DNA of 62,757 nucleotides, the filler included, from Eubacteriales bacterium (lineage in GTDB: Bacteria > Bacillota > Clostridia > Oscillospirales > CAG-382), in assembly GCA_045636665.1 (NCBI GenBank). It is 7 parts of 7 records of this genome, joined end to end, with 100 filler letters (N's around TTAATTAATTAA, not from the genome) between each part and the next. Parts side by side here need not be neighbours in the genome. Positions count along the whole stretch, not along the records: positions 1 to 6,890 come from JAZTXY010000033.1; positions 6,991 to 18,790 come from JAZTXY010000034.1; 5 more parts are not named here. One strand, written 5' to 3'. This document shows positions 1 through 9,617 of this stretch, piece by piece. A program made the position numbers and the translations under genes. The notes under the pieces are model-generated. The model ran no database searches. It was not told the DNA's origin and was given only the letters and a program-made list of their open reading frames with translations. The number at the start of each line of letters is the position of its first letter. Position 1 is the stretch's first letter.

Positions 1-564
1 AGGAGCATCTTGCACGGTAGCGGTAGCGTCGGTAGCGGTGCCTGCTTCGAGGTCGAGACCGGCGAAGGTAATCTTGTCGCCTGCCTTAAGTGCCAAAGCT
101 GCTACTTTATCCTGCCAGTTAGCATATTCAACAGCAGCGTCTTCAGTGTAGTCGCCGGCAGCATTAGGTCTGGAACCTGCAGAGTGAGCCATCATAACGA
201 TTTGAGCTTCAGTCAAGGGTTCAACTGCGGATTTCCAGTCGCCAGTGCTCTGAGGAGCATTGTAAACTGTAACTACTTCGTAAACATCGCCCTCGACATT
301 TTCGAGAACTACGCTTACAGCCCAACCGTTGGTGGTCTTCCAAGTTTCGTCACTTGTGTAGATCGTGTTGGTTTCGTTAGGTGCTACGTTTACGCCTGCG
401 ATATCGAATACGTAGCCGTAAGCGTTGGACACCTTCATGTCTTTGCTCTCGGAATCGATTTCATACTCGCCTTCAGCCCAGTGGATTTCTACTGCGCTTA
501 CAGGAATAGCAAAAATTGCCGATACGAGAAGAGCGGAGAGAAGGATGGAGAGGAATTTCTTCAT
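1..564 (-). CDS. Secreted protein of unknown function (3'-truncated by window edge; absent from ORF track)
   Basis: Manual translation MKKFLSILLSALLVSAIFAIPVSA-VEIHW... gives a Sec signal peptide; GAAAGGA RBS upstream; frame open to base 1. Confidence 0.85.
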   Translation of the reverse strand, partial: MKKFLSILLSALLVSAIFAIPVSAVEIHWAEGEYEIDSESKDMKVSNAYGYVFDIAGVNVAPNETNTIYTSDETWKTTNGWAVSVVLENVEGDVYEVVTVYNAPQSTGDWKSAVEPLTEAQIVMMAHSAGSRPNAAGDYTEDAAVEYANWQDKVAALALKAGDKITFAGLDLEAGTATDATATVQDAP

Positions 565-772
565 TTTGATGTTTCCTTTCAAATATTTTTTGTATAAAAT
601 AATACATAATTTAATTTAACACACATTTTGCATTTTGTCAATTGATTTGTCGTTTTTTTTACAATTCCATAATATAAAAACTTCTCATTTTATTCACAAT
701 GCAAATATAAAACACTTTCTATATATATATGCCGTCACCTTAAAAAGAAATCCATAAGTCCCATCCTACTTC

Positions 773-1023
773 AACAACAAAAAAAGGAACGGAAAGCCGT
801 TCCTTTTTTTGGCACGCCGCAAGGGATTCGCCCGCCTTCGTCCACCCCAAAAATTCACTTTCTTCATTTTTAGGGACCCCGGGGCGGAGCGGTGGCGCGG
901 TCTGACGTGCCACCGGCACGTCATTCAACACGCGCCCTTCGAATCCCATTCCCTTTCTTTACCTTAACAACAAAAAAAGGAACGGAAAACCGTTCCTTTT
1001 TTTGGCACGCCGCAAGGGATTCG
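773..1023. repeat. 58-bp direct repeat (773-830 and 966-1023) made of the tRNA-Arg 3' end plus its terminator
   Basis: AACAACAAAAAAAGGAACGGAAA(G/A)CCGTTCCTTTTTTTGGCACGCCGCAAGGGATTCG occurs twice with one mismatch. Confidence 0.9.
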
Positions 1024-1079
1024 AACCCCTGACCTACTGGTTCGTAGCCAGTTACTCTATCCAGCTGAGCTAGCGGCGC
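1003..1079 (-). tRNA. tRNA-Arg(ACG)
   Basis: GCGCCGCTAGCTCAGCTGGATAGAG...CTACGAA anticodon loop...GGTTCGAATCC...GCCA cloverleaf with encoded CCA. Confidence 0.97.
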
Positions 1080-1194
1080 ATATTCAACGCGTTATATAAT
1101 ACCATAAACAAACACGGTTGTCAAGAGTAAATTTGAAAATGTTATTATTTTTTGCAAAAAGATGAGGGGACTGAACAAGTCCCCCGATATCAAA

Positions 1195-1905
1195 TCACTC
1201 TTTTTCGTTGAGCCGCTTTTCCAATTCCTCGATGCGCGAGCGCAAAAGAGTCAATTCCTGAGCTACAGGGTCGGGAATGTTTAATTGGTCGAGCGTTTGC
1301 TCTTTATCGACGTGCTTGCCGCGAACAATGCGAGCAGGCACACCTACTGCGGTTGAGTTTTCGGGGATATCCTTAAGCACGACAGCACCTGCCGCGATTT
1401 TGGAATTATCGCCGATAGTTATGGGGCCCAAAACCTTTGCGCCTGCCCCAATCATTACGTTATTGCCGATCGTAGGGTGACGTTTACCGACGTGCTTGCC
1501 CGTACCGCCCAAGGTGGCGCCTTGATAGATTGTGCAGTTGTTACCGATAACGGTCGTTTCACCGATTACAACGGCGCATCCGTGGTCGATAAAAAGACCT
1601 TTTCCGATAGTTGCGGCAGGGTGGATTTCGATACCCGTGATATTTCTTGCCCACTGGCTCACAGCACGCGCGGCAAAAAACTTGCCGTTTTTATATAGCT
1701 TATGCGCTATTCTGTGCGCAATAACTGCGTGAAGCCCGGGATAAAGCAGCAAAACCTCGGCATCGCTTCTTGCGGCAGGGTCGCGGTCGCGTATCGAGCG
1801 CACCTCGCTCTTAAGGTCGCCCAACGCTTTGTCCGCCTTGCTTTTCAATTCCTTAATACGGCGTTCAAACGCTTCGATATCGCGCGAATAATCTGTATAA
1901 TTCAT
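1195..1905 (-). CDS. cysE: Serine O-acetyltransferase
   Basis: RDPAARS, YPGLHA, TGIEIHPAATIG, DHG, GGTGK..KRHPTIG hexapeptide-repeat motifs. Confidence 0.95.
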   Translation of the reverse strand: MNYTDYSRDIEAFERRIKELKSKADKALGDLKSEVRSIRDRDPAARSDAEVLLLYPGLHAVIAHRIAHKLYKNGKFFAARAVSQWARNITGIEIHPAATIGKGLFIDHGCAVVIGETTVIGNNCTIYQGATLGGTGKHVGKRHPTIGNNVMIGAGAKVLGPITIGDNSKIAAGAVVLKDIPENSTAVGVPARIVRGKHVDKEQTLDQLNIPDPVAQELTLLRSRIEELEKRLNEKE

Positions 1906-1941
1906 ATAAACGCTTCTTTCGTAAAGTTAAATATCAAACGG

Positions 1942-2619
1942 TCAACCGTTTGCGCGGTGTCCGATGGCGTTGATTTTCGCAACACCGTCGGTTATGTTTA
2001 TTTCAAAGACGAGCGTACGCGTTTCATCCGGAAGGATGTCGTTTCTGAACGTCCCGTTATTTTCAAAGATACGGTAGCTTACCTCGTAAATTTCACGCAC
2101 GGCGTTGCTTTCTTCATCGGCAACGTCGGAACGGTACAAATTGATATGCACGTCGTATATACCCTGCATCGTAAAACGCTCGGGCAGTGTGAAATTACTT
2201 GAAGCGAGGCACTCTTGAGTAAAAAATGACGAATAGTTTTGATAATCGCCTTTTATAAGACAGTCGAAATAGTTGTAAAACAAATCTGCCGCAAGAGAAA
2301 TGCCGATAGCATTTTCCTGAGTCAATACGTTTTCACTGCCCATTCTTTCGAAATATATATTTCTGTTCAGGGCAAGATAAAGCTTTTCCTCGAGAATATT
2401 TTTGTTGTAATCCGCTTCGAAGAAACGGTAATCTTCATAAGAAACATCCGAATATTCGGGCTCAAGCAAATAGGTAACCGCAGAAAGCACGCCATAAATT
2501 GCAACCAACGCAACAAACAAGCTAAGAACGATTATGACGATTTTTTTGATCTTCTTTTTATCCGCCGCCGTGTTTCGTTTTTCCTCGGGCGGGATGATGC
2601 GCTTTTCTTCTTTTTTCAT
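1942..2619 (-). CDS. Hypothetical membrane-anchored protein
   Basis: 225-aa ORF with a basic N-terminus and one TM helix, in line with neighbouring genes. Confidence 0.75.
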   Translation of the reverse strand: MKKEEKRIIPPEEKRNTAADKKKIKKIVIIVLSLFVALVAIYGVLSAVTYLLEPEYSDVSYEDYRFFEADYNKNILEEKLYLALNRNIYFERMGSENVLTQENAIGISLAADLFYNYFDCLIKGDYQNYSSFFTQECLASSNFTLPERFTMQGIYDVHINLYRSDVADEESNAVREIYEVSYRIFENNGTFRNDILPDETRTLVFEINITDGVAKINAIGHRANG

Positions 2620-2688
2620 AATATGCAGCTCTACCTATTTCAATCACATATGGGGCGCTTAATCAAGCGCCCCATATAAGTTGTTGTT

Positions 2689-3555
2689 TTACTGATTAAT
2701 AAAACGTTTGAGGTTATCGCAACCGATTCTAATGCCCTTGAGTGCATCTTCCATGCCTTCAAATTCAATGCAAAGGAATCCGTCATATCCGTTGCGCTTC
2801 AAGGTTTGGATGCACTGACGAACGGGAACGTCGCCGTGACCGATAATCGAGCCGCGGAGATAGTTGCCGCCGCGAGACTGGAACCAGCCCTCGCCGGGTG
2901 CATCGAGCGAACCGCTCTTCTTGTGGAAGTCCTTCGCGTGAGCGTGGACAGCATAACGGGAAAGAACACCTACTGCATAGTTGTGATCAGCATCTGCACA
3001 AGCAAAGTTGCCGATATCGACCAATGCGCCGAAGTTGGGGTGGTCAACAGCGTTGATAAGTCTTTCAACACGGTCGGGATCCTGAGCAAAGAAGCCGTGA
3101 TTTTCGATACAGGTCTTAATGCCTTTGGATTCCGCATATTCCGTAACCTCACGGTATGCTCTTGCAAGGATGGGAAGAACGTAATCGAAGCTTCTCCATC
3201 TTGTGCCTGCTATGTGATAACCGGGAGTAGCATCGTGACGGAGGGTTTTGCAGCCGTATGCTTCCGCAACGTCAACAAGACCTTTAACACGTGCTATTTC
3301 AGCATCGGTATCGCGGTTAAGGAAGTCCGAGCCAACACAGAAGCAGCAAGCTTCAATGCCAACGCTCTTGCAGTAATCGCCGATGTCCTTCGCATACGCC
3401 TTGTATGCTTCAAGATCGTCATTGTATTTGGGGGTTTCAACGAAATCAACGCCTTCGCCGCCAAATTCTTTAACTTTGTCGATACAACCCTTAATTCCAA
3501 GGGAACCTTCCTCGGCGTAACCGTGGAAGCTATAAAGACTTACGCCTATTTTCAT
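2689..3555 (-). CDS. Sugar phosphate isomerase/epimerase (xylose isomerase-like TIM barrel)
   Basis: IENHG, DIGNF, HAHAKD, GHGDVP, IEFEG metal-binding motifs. Confidence 0.9.
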   Translation of the reverse strand: MKIGVSLYSFHGYAEEGSLGIKGCIDKVKEFGGEGVDFVETPKYNDDLEAYKAYAKDIGDYCKSVGIEACCFCVGSDFLNRDTDAEIARVKGLVDVAEAYGCKTLRHDATPGYHIAGTRWRSFDYVLPILARAYREVTEYAESKGIKTCIENHGFFAQDPDRVERLINAVDHPNFGALVDIGNFACADADHNYAVGVLSRYAVHAHAKDFHKKSGSLDAPGEGWFQSRGGNYLRGSIIGHGDVPVRQCIQTLKRNGYDGFLCIEFEGMEDALKGIRIGCDNLKRFINQ

Positions 3556-3589
3556 TACGATTTATACCTCGTTTAAAAGCTTAAATTAA

Positions 3590-4978
3590 TTAGTCGAGAG
3601 TGATAGTGGGGATCTTGGTCCAGTCGTTGATACCGATGATACCGCCGCCGTCACGGAGAGTGATGTTCTTGAACTTAGCGTCTTCGCTACCGCAGTTAAC
3701 GGAGATGGATACCTGGAATTCGTCGCCCTTTTCGGGTGCGAAAGGTTCATCAGCAGAGCCGAGAATGCTCCACGGAATTGCTGCTTCATAGATAGTCTTT
3801 GCGTTTTCAGCATCACGAACTACCATGCAGGTGTCAACAAGAGTACCTGCGCTGGGCATCCAAGTGCAGTAAAGGGTCTCGCCCTTATCGTTAACGCCGA
3901 AGCCGTACTGGTTAAGTTGGTTTTCTTCTGCAGCGATCTTGTTGATCTGGTGATCCCAGTTTTCAAGGATGTAATCGCTGTCCGATGCGTTTGCACCGAA
4001 GTTAACCTGGATGCATTCATAGTCATACATACCGCCACAGCTGTCGGGAGTAAGGATGTTGTAGTGGTAGGGAGAGTCAACGATAACGCCGAGATAGAAG
4101 TAATCTGCGTCGTAGGTCATGTAAACTTCTGCAGTTGCGTAGTAGTTGTTTACTTCGAACTGAACGTAGGAAACGAGTTCATTGTCGGGCTTGATTTCCC
4201 AAACAACGTCGCCGTATTCCTTGGAACTAACCTTACCGTCGAGGGTAGGAGCGGTCTTTGCAGCGTCGATCTTAGCGTCGAGGCCGTCGTTGATGGTAAC
4301 ACCGTGGGGGAAGAGAGGATAGGTCTTAGCATCAAGAGACTTGAGTGCGTTGATCTTATCGGTGTTTTCCTTCCAGATAGCGAGAACGTAACCATCTTCG
4401 GGGATGTCAACGTCATCGGGAGCTTCGCCTACTGCATAGAAATTCTTGAGCTTGTAGGAGAACATGCTGTGATCGTATTCAGCAACTACAACTGCATAGT
4501 CAGCATAATCCTGACCGTCAACGCTGATGTTCTTGCCGAACAAGGAGGTGAAGATACCGGTATCGCCTTCGCCAACTTCTTCGTTGATCTTGGAGAGCTT
4601 AAGCGAACCAGCGTCTTCAGCTCTAAGTTTGGTTCTGTCTGTAGCGGTGTACGCGTTAGTCCACGAAACGAACTTGTTGGTGTAAACAACTGCTCCGGGT
4701 TCAGAGGTGGATTCGTCGCCGCCTTCAACGGAAGAATCGGTAGATTCGGTAGAGTCTTCGGTAGAAGCTTCGGTGGAGTCTTCGGTGGAGGTAGCTGCGG
4801 AAGATTCATCTTCGGAAGTACCTGCTACGGAAGATTCGGTTTCGGATTCCTCTTTGGAAGCATCTGCTTGAGAGGAGGTTTGGAATACGTTGCTGCTTTC
4901 ATCTGCTACTTCTTCGCTGCAGGCTACTGCTGCCAATGCCATAAAGCAAACGAGAACAATTGCGAGAATTTTCTTCAT
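3590..4978 (-). CDS. Lipoprotein with Ser/Glu/Thr-rich linker and C-terminal CBM9-like sugar-binding domain
   Basis: Lipobox LAAVAC; APTLDGKV..EY, VYMTYDADYFYLGVIV, YEAAIPWS motifs. Confidence 0.75.
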   Translation of the reverse strand: MKKILAIVLVCFMALAAVACSEEVADESSNVFQTSSQADASKEESETESSVAGTSEDESSAATSTEDSTEASTEDSTESTDSSVEGGDESTSEPGAVVYTNKFVSWTNAYTATDRTKLRAEDAGSLKLSKINEEVGEGDTGIFTSLFGKNISVDGQDYADYAVVVAEYDHSMFSYKLKNFYAVGEAPDDVDIPEDGYVLAIWKENTDKINALKSLDAKTYPLFPHGVTINDGLDAKIDAAKTAPTLDGKVSSKEYGDVVWEIKPDNELVSYVQFEVNNYYATAEVYMTYDADYFYLGVIVDSPYHYNILTPDSCGGMYDYECIQVNFGANASDSDYILENWDHQINKIAAEENQLNQYGFGVNDKGETLYCTWMPSAGTLVDTCMVVRDAENAKTIYEAAIPWSILGSADEPFAPEKGDEFQVSISVNCGSEDAKFKNITLRDGGGIIGINDWTKIPTITLD

Positions 4979-5077
4979 AATAAACTGTTGCACTCCTTTT
5001 AAAAGTATTTTTTATGTTTTTTATTGAAGAACTAAATTAATGTGACCTAAACACGGTCATTTGGGGGACTGTTCAAC

Positions 5078-6889
5078 CTATTTCTTCTTTGAGGAACGAA
5101 TTTTAATAAATGCGATTACAGCCGCGATAACAACGACTACACCAACGGAAATAAGAATAACGAGAAGCATTCCGTCGCTACCCTCAGCGTCATCGCCGTT
5201 TGCATCCGACGATTCGTTTTGTGCGTTGGATTCATCAACAACCTCACCGTCGGCATCCAATACTACGATGGTAACCTTAATGGTATTCGAAACGTTCGTA
5301 CCGTCGGTAACCGCAAGAGTGGTTTCATAGGTGCCGGGCTTTGCGCTCGACGCTTCAACGTTGAATCTGCCGTTGCCGAATGCCTCGATATAAAGGCCTT
5401 CGATCTTTTGAAGGTTGATTACCTCAAGATTTGCAAGCGAGGTATCATCGTCCTTAACAACGAATTTGCCTCTTTCGTAATCGCCTGCTTTTACCGTGAT
5501 GGTAATATCGCCCTCAATAACGGGTGCGCTTTCTTTATAATTACCGGATATGAAACTATAGGTAAGATCGTAAACGCTTCGGCTGAAGTTGCCCTTGCTT
5601 GATTGGAAAAGGTGATCGCCAACCTGATACATCGTGATCATACCCTTTTCCATAAGGCCTGCACCGTATGCCGCGCTTACGTACTTTTCAAAACGCTTTG
5701 TATAGTCCTTAACGTTACAGTCAACCTCGAATTCAAGACCGTTAAGACCAAACTTTTTAGCGGTGATTGCCGCATCCTTACACGCTTCTGCGTTAGCGGT
5801 ACCAACCTCTTCACCGCCGTTAAACGCGTGTCCCGCTTGCATGGTTACCGAGTCAAAGCCAAGGTCCTTAGCTACGTCGATACCTGCCGCGCTGTAGAAC
5901 GGAATCCACATTGTTTTATAACCCTTTTCGTGCGAATAGCTGTTAAAGTTCGCAACGAGCTGGGGTTCATAGCTGGTCTCTGCGTAATCGATGCTTTCAG
6001 AGAACCAATAATAGCCCTTTAAGGTAAGGTTTTCAAAATTACTTGCCTTAAACTGTTCTTCAACGTAATCGATATACCATTTAACTATCTTGGTACGGGA
6101 ATCAAGCGAGTTGGAGAAGACCTTTTCGCCGTTGATTTCACCGAACGAGCCGGAATAAACACCGATAGTCGGTACAGAGAAGAATATCGGATATTTAAAG
6201 TCGTCGCCAAGTCCCAATTCGCTCTTTAATTGACCGACTACGGTATTAAGAGCGCCAATATTGTTGTTTGCGCCCATAGCGACCGATACGAAGCTCTTCA
6301 TATCCTCCTGACGCATATAACCGTCTGCAGACGAGGTTACAGGCATACCGAGGAAGAGCATCGAATCGAACATGGTGTCGACCGCCTTGCCGTTCTTATC
6401 AATATACGCGAAATAGGGCTTGATGGTTTCGGTAGTGTAATTTGTCGCGGTATACATAAGACATACGCTGTTGATACCGTCGATATCACCCGCAATCTCC
6501 TTTTCGGGGAATACGGTTTTTTCGGCAGAAGCCGCACCCGAAACGTCTTTGCCGCCGAATATCGAAAGCTCATCGACATAGGTGAACACGTCGCTCGAAA
6601 ATACCGCGCGGACGTAACGGGCTTTATAGGCTTTATCGAGAGTTACCTTGAACTCAATGCGTTTTTTCTGTGTTTGAGTGACAAAATTGTTGTTTTCGGT
6701 CTTGCCTGCCAATCCGAAATCGGTTCCGTTTTCGGAAACGTAGATTTCCAAATATCTTGAGCACCAAATACCTGCAGCGCTGTATTGAAGCTCGCCGAGA
6801 GTCGCGCCCGTAACAGCCATAACCTCACCGAGGTCAATCGTTACCTGAACGGCGGTACCGCGATACAATTCGGTCCAAGCGGAATCGCT
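5078..6889 (-). CDS. Discoidin-like + DUF4855 (putative glycoside hydrolase) protein with C-terminal TM anchor; 5'-truncated by contig edge
   Basis: IDLG...VSENG...ARYVR...DEL module; MFDSMLFL, GYYWFSE, WIPFY, GFDSVTMQ, GLEFE motifs; hydrophobic tail followed by KKK. Confidence 0.8.
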   Translation of the reverse strand, partial: SDSAWTELYRGTAVQVTIDLGEVMAVTGATLGELQYSAAGIWCSRYLEIYVSENGTDFGLAGKTENNNFVTQTQKKRIEFKVTLDKAYKARYVRAVFSSDVFTYVDELSIFGGKDVSGAASAEKTVFPEKEIAGDIDGINSVCLMYTATNYTTETIKPYFAYIDKNGKAVDTMFDSMLFLGMPVTSSADGYMRQEDMKSFVSVAMGANNNIGALNTVVGQLKSELGLGDDFKYPIFFSVPTIGVYSGSFGEINGEKVFSNSLDSRTKIVKWYIDYVEEQFKASNFENLTLKGYYWFSESIDYAETSYEPQLVANFNSYSHEKGYKTMWIPFYSAAGIDVAKDLGFDSVTMQAGHAFNGGEEVGTANAEACKDAAITAKKFGLNGLEFEVDCNVKDYTKRFEKYVSAAYGAGLMEKGMITMYQVGDHLFQSSKGNFSRSVYDLTYSFISGNYKESAPVIEGDITITVKAGDYERGKFVVKDDDTSLANLEVINLQKIEGLYIEAFGNGRFNVEASSAKPGTYETTLAVTDGTNVSNTIKVTIVVLDADGEVVDESNAQNESSDANGDDAEGSDGMLLVILISVGVVVVIAAVIAFIKIRSSKKK

Positions 6890-6890
6890 C

Positions 6891-6990
6891 NNNNNNNNNN
6901 NNNNNNNNNNNNNNNNNNNNNNNNNNNNNNNNNNTTAATTAATTAANNNNNNNNNNNNNNNNNNNNNNNNNNNNNNNNNNNNNNNNNNNN
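6891..6990. other. Artificial contig linker
   Basis: N44-TTAATTAATTAA-N44, stop codons in all six frames. Confidence 0.99.
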
Positions 6991-7388
6991 ACGGCATAAA
7001 AGGGTGAATCCACAGGGTCCATAAAAACCTGTCCGCAGACCGAAATTATCAATGCGCGAAGTCCGTTTTTAATCGGCACGATGCAATAGCCGTTACCCGG
7101 CGAATTGGGGGGGAAGTTGAGCGGCCGAAGCACCGTTTCCTCGTCCTCGAACAGCTCGAACGCCGCATATCTGCGGAATGAATGGTTGCCGCCCGTAAGC
7201 ACGTCGGCACCGCTGTTGAAAAGGTCGTTCGCATCGTTTCGGTCAAGACCGCTTCCGTCGTGCACGTTTTCGGCATTGACGATAACAAGATCGGCTTGTT
7301 CGAGATTTTTAATCCTGCGAAGATTCTTTCTCACAAAATTCAGCCCCGGCGTTCCGAAAACGTCGCCAACGGCAAGGATTCTGAGCAT
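6991..7388 (-). CDS. ymdB: YmdB-family metallophosphoesterase (3'-truncated)
   Basis: RILAVGDVFG.PG, IVNAEN, DVLTGGNH, LRPLNFP..PG.G; lies downstream of rny as is usual in Firmicutes. Confidence 0.92.
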
Positions 7389-7443
7389 ATTTTGCACCTT
7401 TTCCTAACAGTTTTTTAATATTTTCCGCTTTTTTCTCTCTCGG

Positions 7444-7572
7444 TTATCTAAAACCGTTCAGAACGGATGCAGATTGGACAAACAGAACCCGAAGCTGTAG
7501 TCACCTACTGCGAGCGGTTCTGTTTGTTCAAAGCGTAAGCGGTATGCGCCGTTATGGACGGTTTTACAATAA
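7444..7572 (+). repeat. Long structured hairpin repeat, copy 1 (copy 2 at 32258-32347)
   Basis: Shared blocks CGGATGCAGATTG / CGAAGCTGTAG..ACCTACTGCGAGC / TATGCGCCGTTATG separated by different but paired stems. Confidence 0.8.
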
Positions 7573-7599
7573 AAATCCCATAAAAATCCGCGACATGCG

Positions 7600-7730
7600 C
7601 GTGGATTTTTATACCTTAGATGTTCGCGAGCGGTGAGCGAGGCGCGAGAATGGGTCCCCTGAAAATCGTAGATTTTTAGGGATTAAGCAACGAACATCAC
7701 AAAAAACGGGTTAAATTCGAAGAATTTTTC
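7600..7730 (-). repeat. 131-bp dispersed repeat, copy 1 (inverted copy at 10744-10874)
   Basis: Reverse complement matches 10744-10874 with 3 mismatches by manual alignment. Confidence 0.92.
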
Positions 7731-7786
7731 CCGAGCGCGCCAGCGCAATCGGGGACCCCGAAAAATGCGAAGCGTTTTTTGGGGCT

Positions 7787-9328
7787 TTACTTAGCGTAGT
7801 CCACCTGACGCATTTCGCGTATAACGTTAATCTTAATCTGTCCGGGATATTCAAGCTCTTCTTCGATCTTGCGAGCAATATCCCTTGCGATAAACACCAT
7901 TTCGTCGTCGTTTACCTCGTCGGGCTTGACCATTATGCGCACTTCTCTGCCCGCTTGAATAGCAAAGGATTTTTCAACGCCCGTAAAGGAGGTTGCGATT
8001 TCCTCGAGCTTCTGAAGACGCTTGATGTAGGTTTCAAGATTTTCACGTCTTGCGCCGGGACGGGCAGCCGAAACGGCATCCGCCGCCTGAACGATCATTG
8101 CAACCAAGGTGTTGGGTTCAACGTCGCCGTGGTGAGCTTCGATAGCGTGAACGATTTCGCGGCTTTCCTTGTACTTACGCGCAAGGTCAACGCCGATTTG
8201 AACGTGCGAGCCGTCGATTTCGTGGGTCATCGCCTTACCGATATCGTGAAGCAGACCTGCGCGCTTCGCCTGAGCAACGTCAACGCCGAGCTCGGATGCG
8301 ATCATGCCTGCAATATGAGAAACCTCGATCGAGTGCTTAAGCACGTTTTGACCGTAGCTTGTACGGTATTTAAGTCTGCCGAGCAGCTTGATAAGCTCGG
8401 GATTGATGCTGTGAACGCCGGTTTCGTAGGTGGCTTGTTCGCCCTCCTTCTTAATAACGGCTTCAACCTCTTTACGGCTCTTTTCAACGGTTTCCTCAAT
8501 GCGCGAGGGATGGATTCTGCCGTCGGAGATGTGCTTTTCAAGAGTCATTCTTGCAACCTCGCGGCGAACGGGATCGAAGGTCGAGATAGCGATCGCCTCG
8601 GGAGTATCGTCGATAATAAGGTCAACACCGGTGAGCGTTTCGATCGCGCGGATATTTCTACCCTCACGGCCGATAATTCTGCCCTTCATTTCATCGTTGG
8701 GAAGGTCAACTACCGAAACGGTAGCTTCGGCAACGCTGTCGGCGGCACAACGCTGGATTGCGAGTGCGATAATGTTCTTGGCTTCTTCCTCTGCCTTGTC
8801 CTTGCATTCCTGCTCGACGGCGAGAAGCTTCATAGCCATTTCGTGTCTTGCTTCGCTTTCAACGCGGTCCATAAGAACGGCGCGTGCTTCTTCGGATGTC
8901 ATACCCGAAATCTTTTGAAGCATTTCCTCCTGCTCGGCAACGATTGCCTCCGCTTTTGCGGTAAGCTCCTCGTTTTCACGAATCTTGGAGTTCAAAACCT
9001 CTTCCTTCTTTTCGAGGTTTTCATACTTTTTGTCGAGATTTTCTTCCTTCTGCATCGCACGTCTTTCCATGCGCTGAAGGTCGTTTCTTCTCTCTTTCAA
9101 TTCGCGCTCGGCTTCGTTCTTGATGCGAAGCGCTTCTTCCTTAGCTTCTACAAGCTTTTCCTTTTTTGCTGTTTCAGCAGCTTTTTTTGCATCCTCAATT
9201 ATGCGTTTGGATTCTATTTCCGCGCTTCCGATCTTCTTTTCGGCGATCGTTTTGCGAACCATAAATCCTACGATAAAGAACAGGACGGCAGCACCGGCTA
9301 TTAAACCAATAGCTAAAAACAGGTTCAT
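7787..9328 (-). CDS. rny: Ribonuclease Y
   Basis: N-terminal TM, coiled coil, KH domain ([13 protein letters not shown]), HD domain ([18 protein letters not shown]). Confidence 0.97.
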   Translation of the reverse strand: MNLFLAIGLIAGAAVLFFIVGFMVRKTIAEKKIGSAEIESKRIIEDAKKAAETAKKEKLVEAKEEALRIKNEAERELKERRNDLQRMERRAMQKEENLDKKYENLEKKEEVLNSKIRENEELTAKAEAIVAEQEEMLQKISGMTSEEARAVLMDRVESEARHEMAMKLLAVEQECKDKAEEEAKNIIALAIQRCAADSVAEATVSVVDLPNDEMKGRIIGREGRNIRAIETLTGVDLIIDDTPEAIAISTFDPVRREVARMTLEKHISDGRIHPSRIEETVEKSRKEVEAVIKKEGEQATYETGVHSINPELIKLLGRLKYRTSYGQNVLKHSIEVSHIAGMIASELGVDVAQAKRAGLLHDIGKAMTHEIDGSHVQIGVDLARKYKESREIVHAIEAHHGDVEPNTLVAMIVQAADAVSAARPGARRENLETYIKRLQKLEEIATSFTGVEKSFAIQAGREVRIMVKPDEVNDDEMVFIARDIARKIEEELEYPGQIKINVIREMRQVDYAK

Positions 9329-9462
9329 ATTTGCCTCCTAAAAATATATTTTATCCCGAGGCAACGCGATTCTGTCCGACTGATAAGTTCTATACTCTGA
9401 TTTTCAACAAAATATATAGTTATTTCGCCGCGGCAGACGCCTTGGCATCGGTATTCACAGTA

Positions 9463-9491
9463 ATTATACATATTTTATTTACTAAAGTAAA
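9463..9491 (-). promoter_or_regulatory. Sigma-A promoter for rny
   Basis: TTTACT-17 bp-TATAAT with extended TG on the minus strand. Confidence 0.6.
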
Positions 9492-9617
9492 TAGTTATTT
9501 CCAAAAAATTATAAACAATGTGTAAATTTAACCGTAATTTTTATTCTTTTCGGTTGCATCGTCAGGTTTTTTCGGGTATAATCCAAACCGTGATATAAAA
9601 TTTCGGAGGTTATTTGT

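Noticed and set aside
10..597. 195-aa plus-strand ORF
   Set aside because: Antisense shadow of the minus-strand secreted protein at 1-564, which has an RBS and signal peptide
9329..9456. 6S RNA upstream of rny
   Set aside because: Too short, and no clear central bubble or terminator; kept only as a possible structured leader
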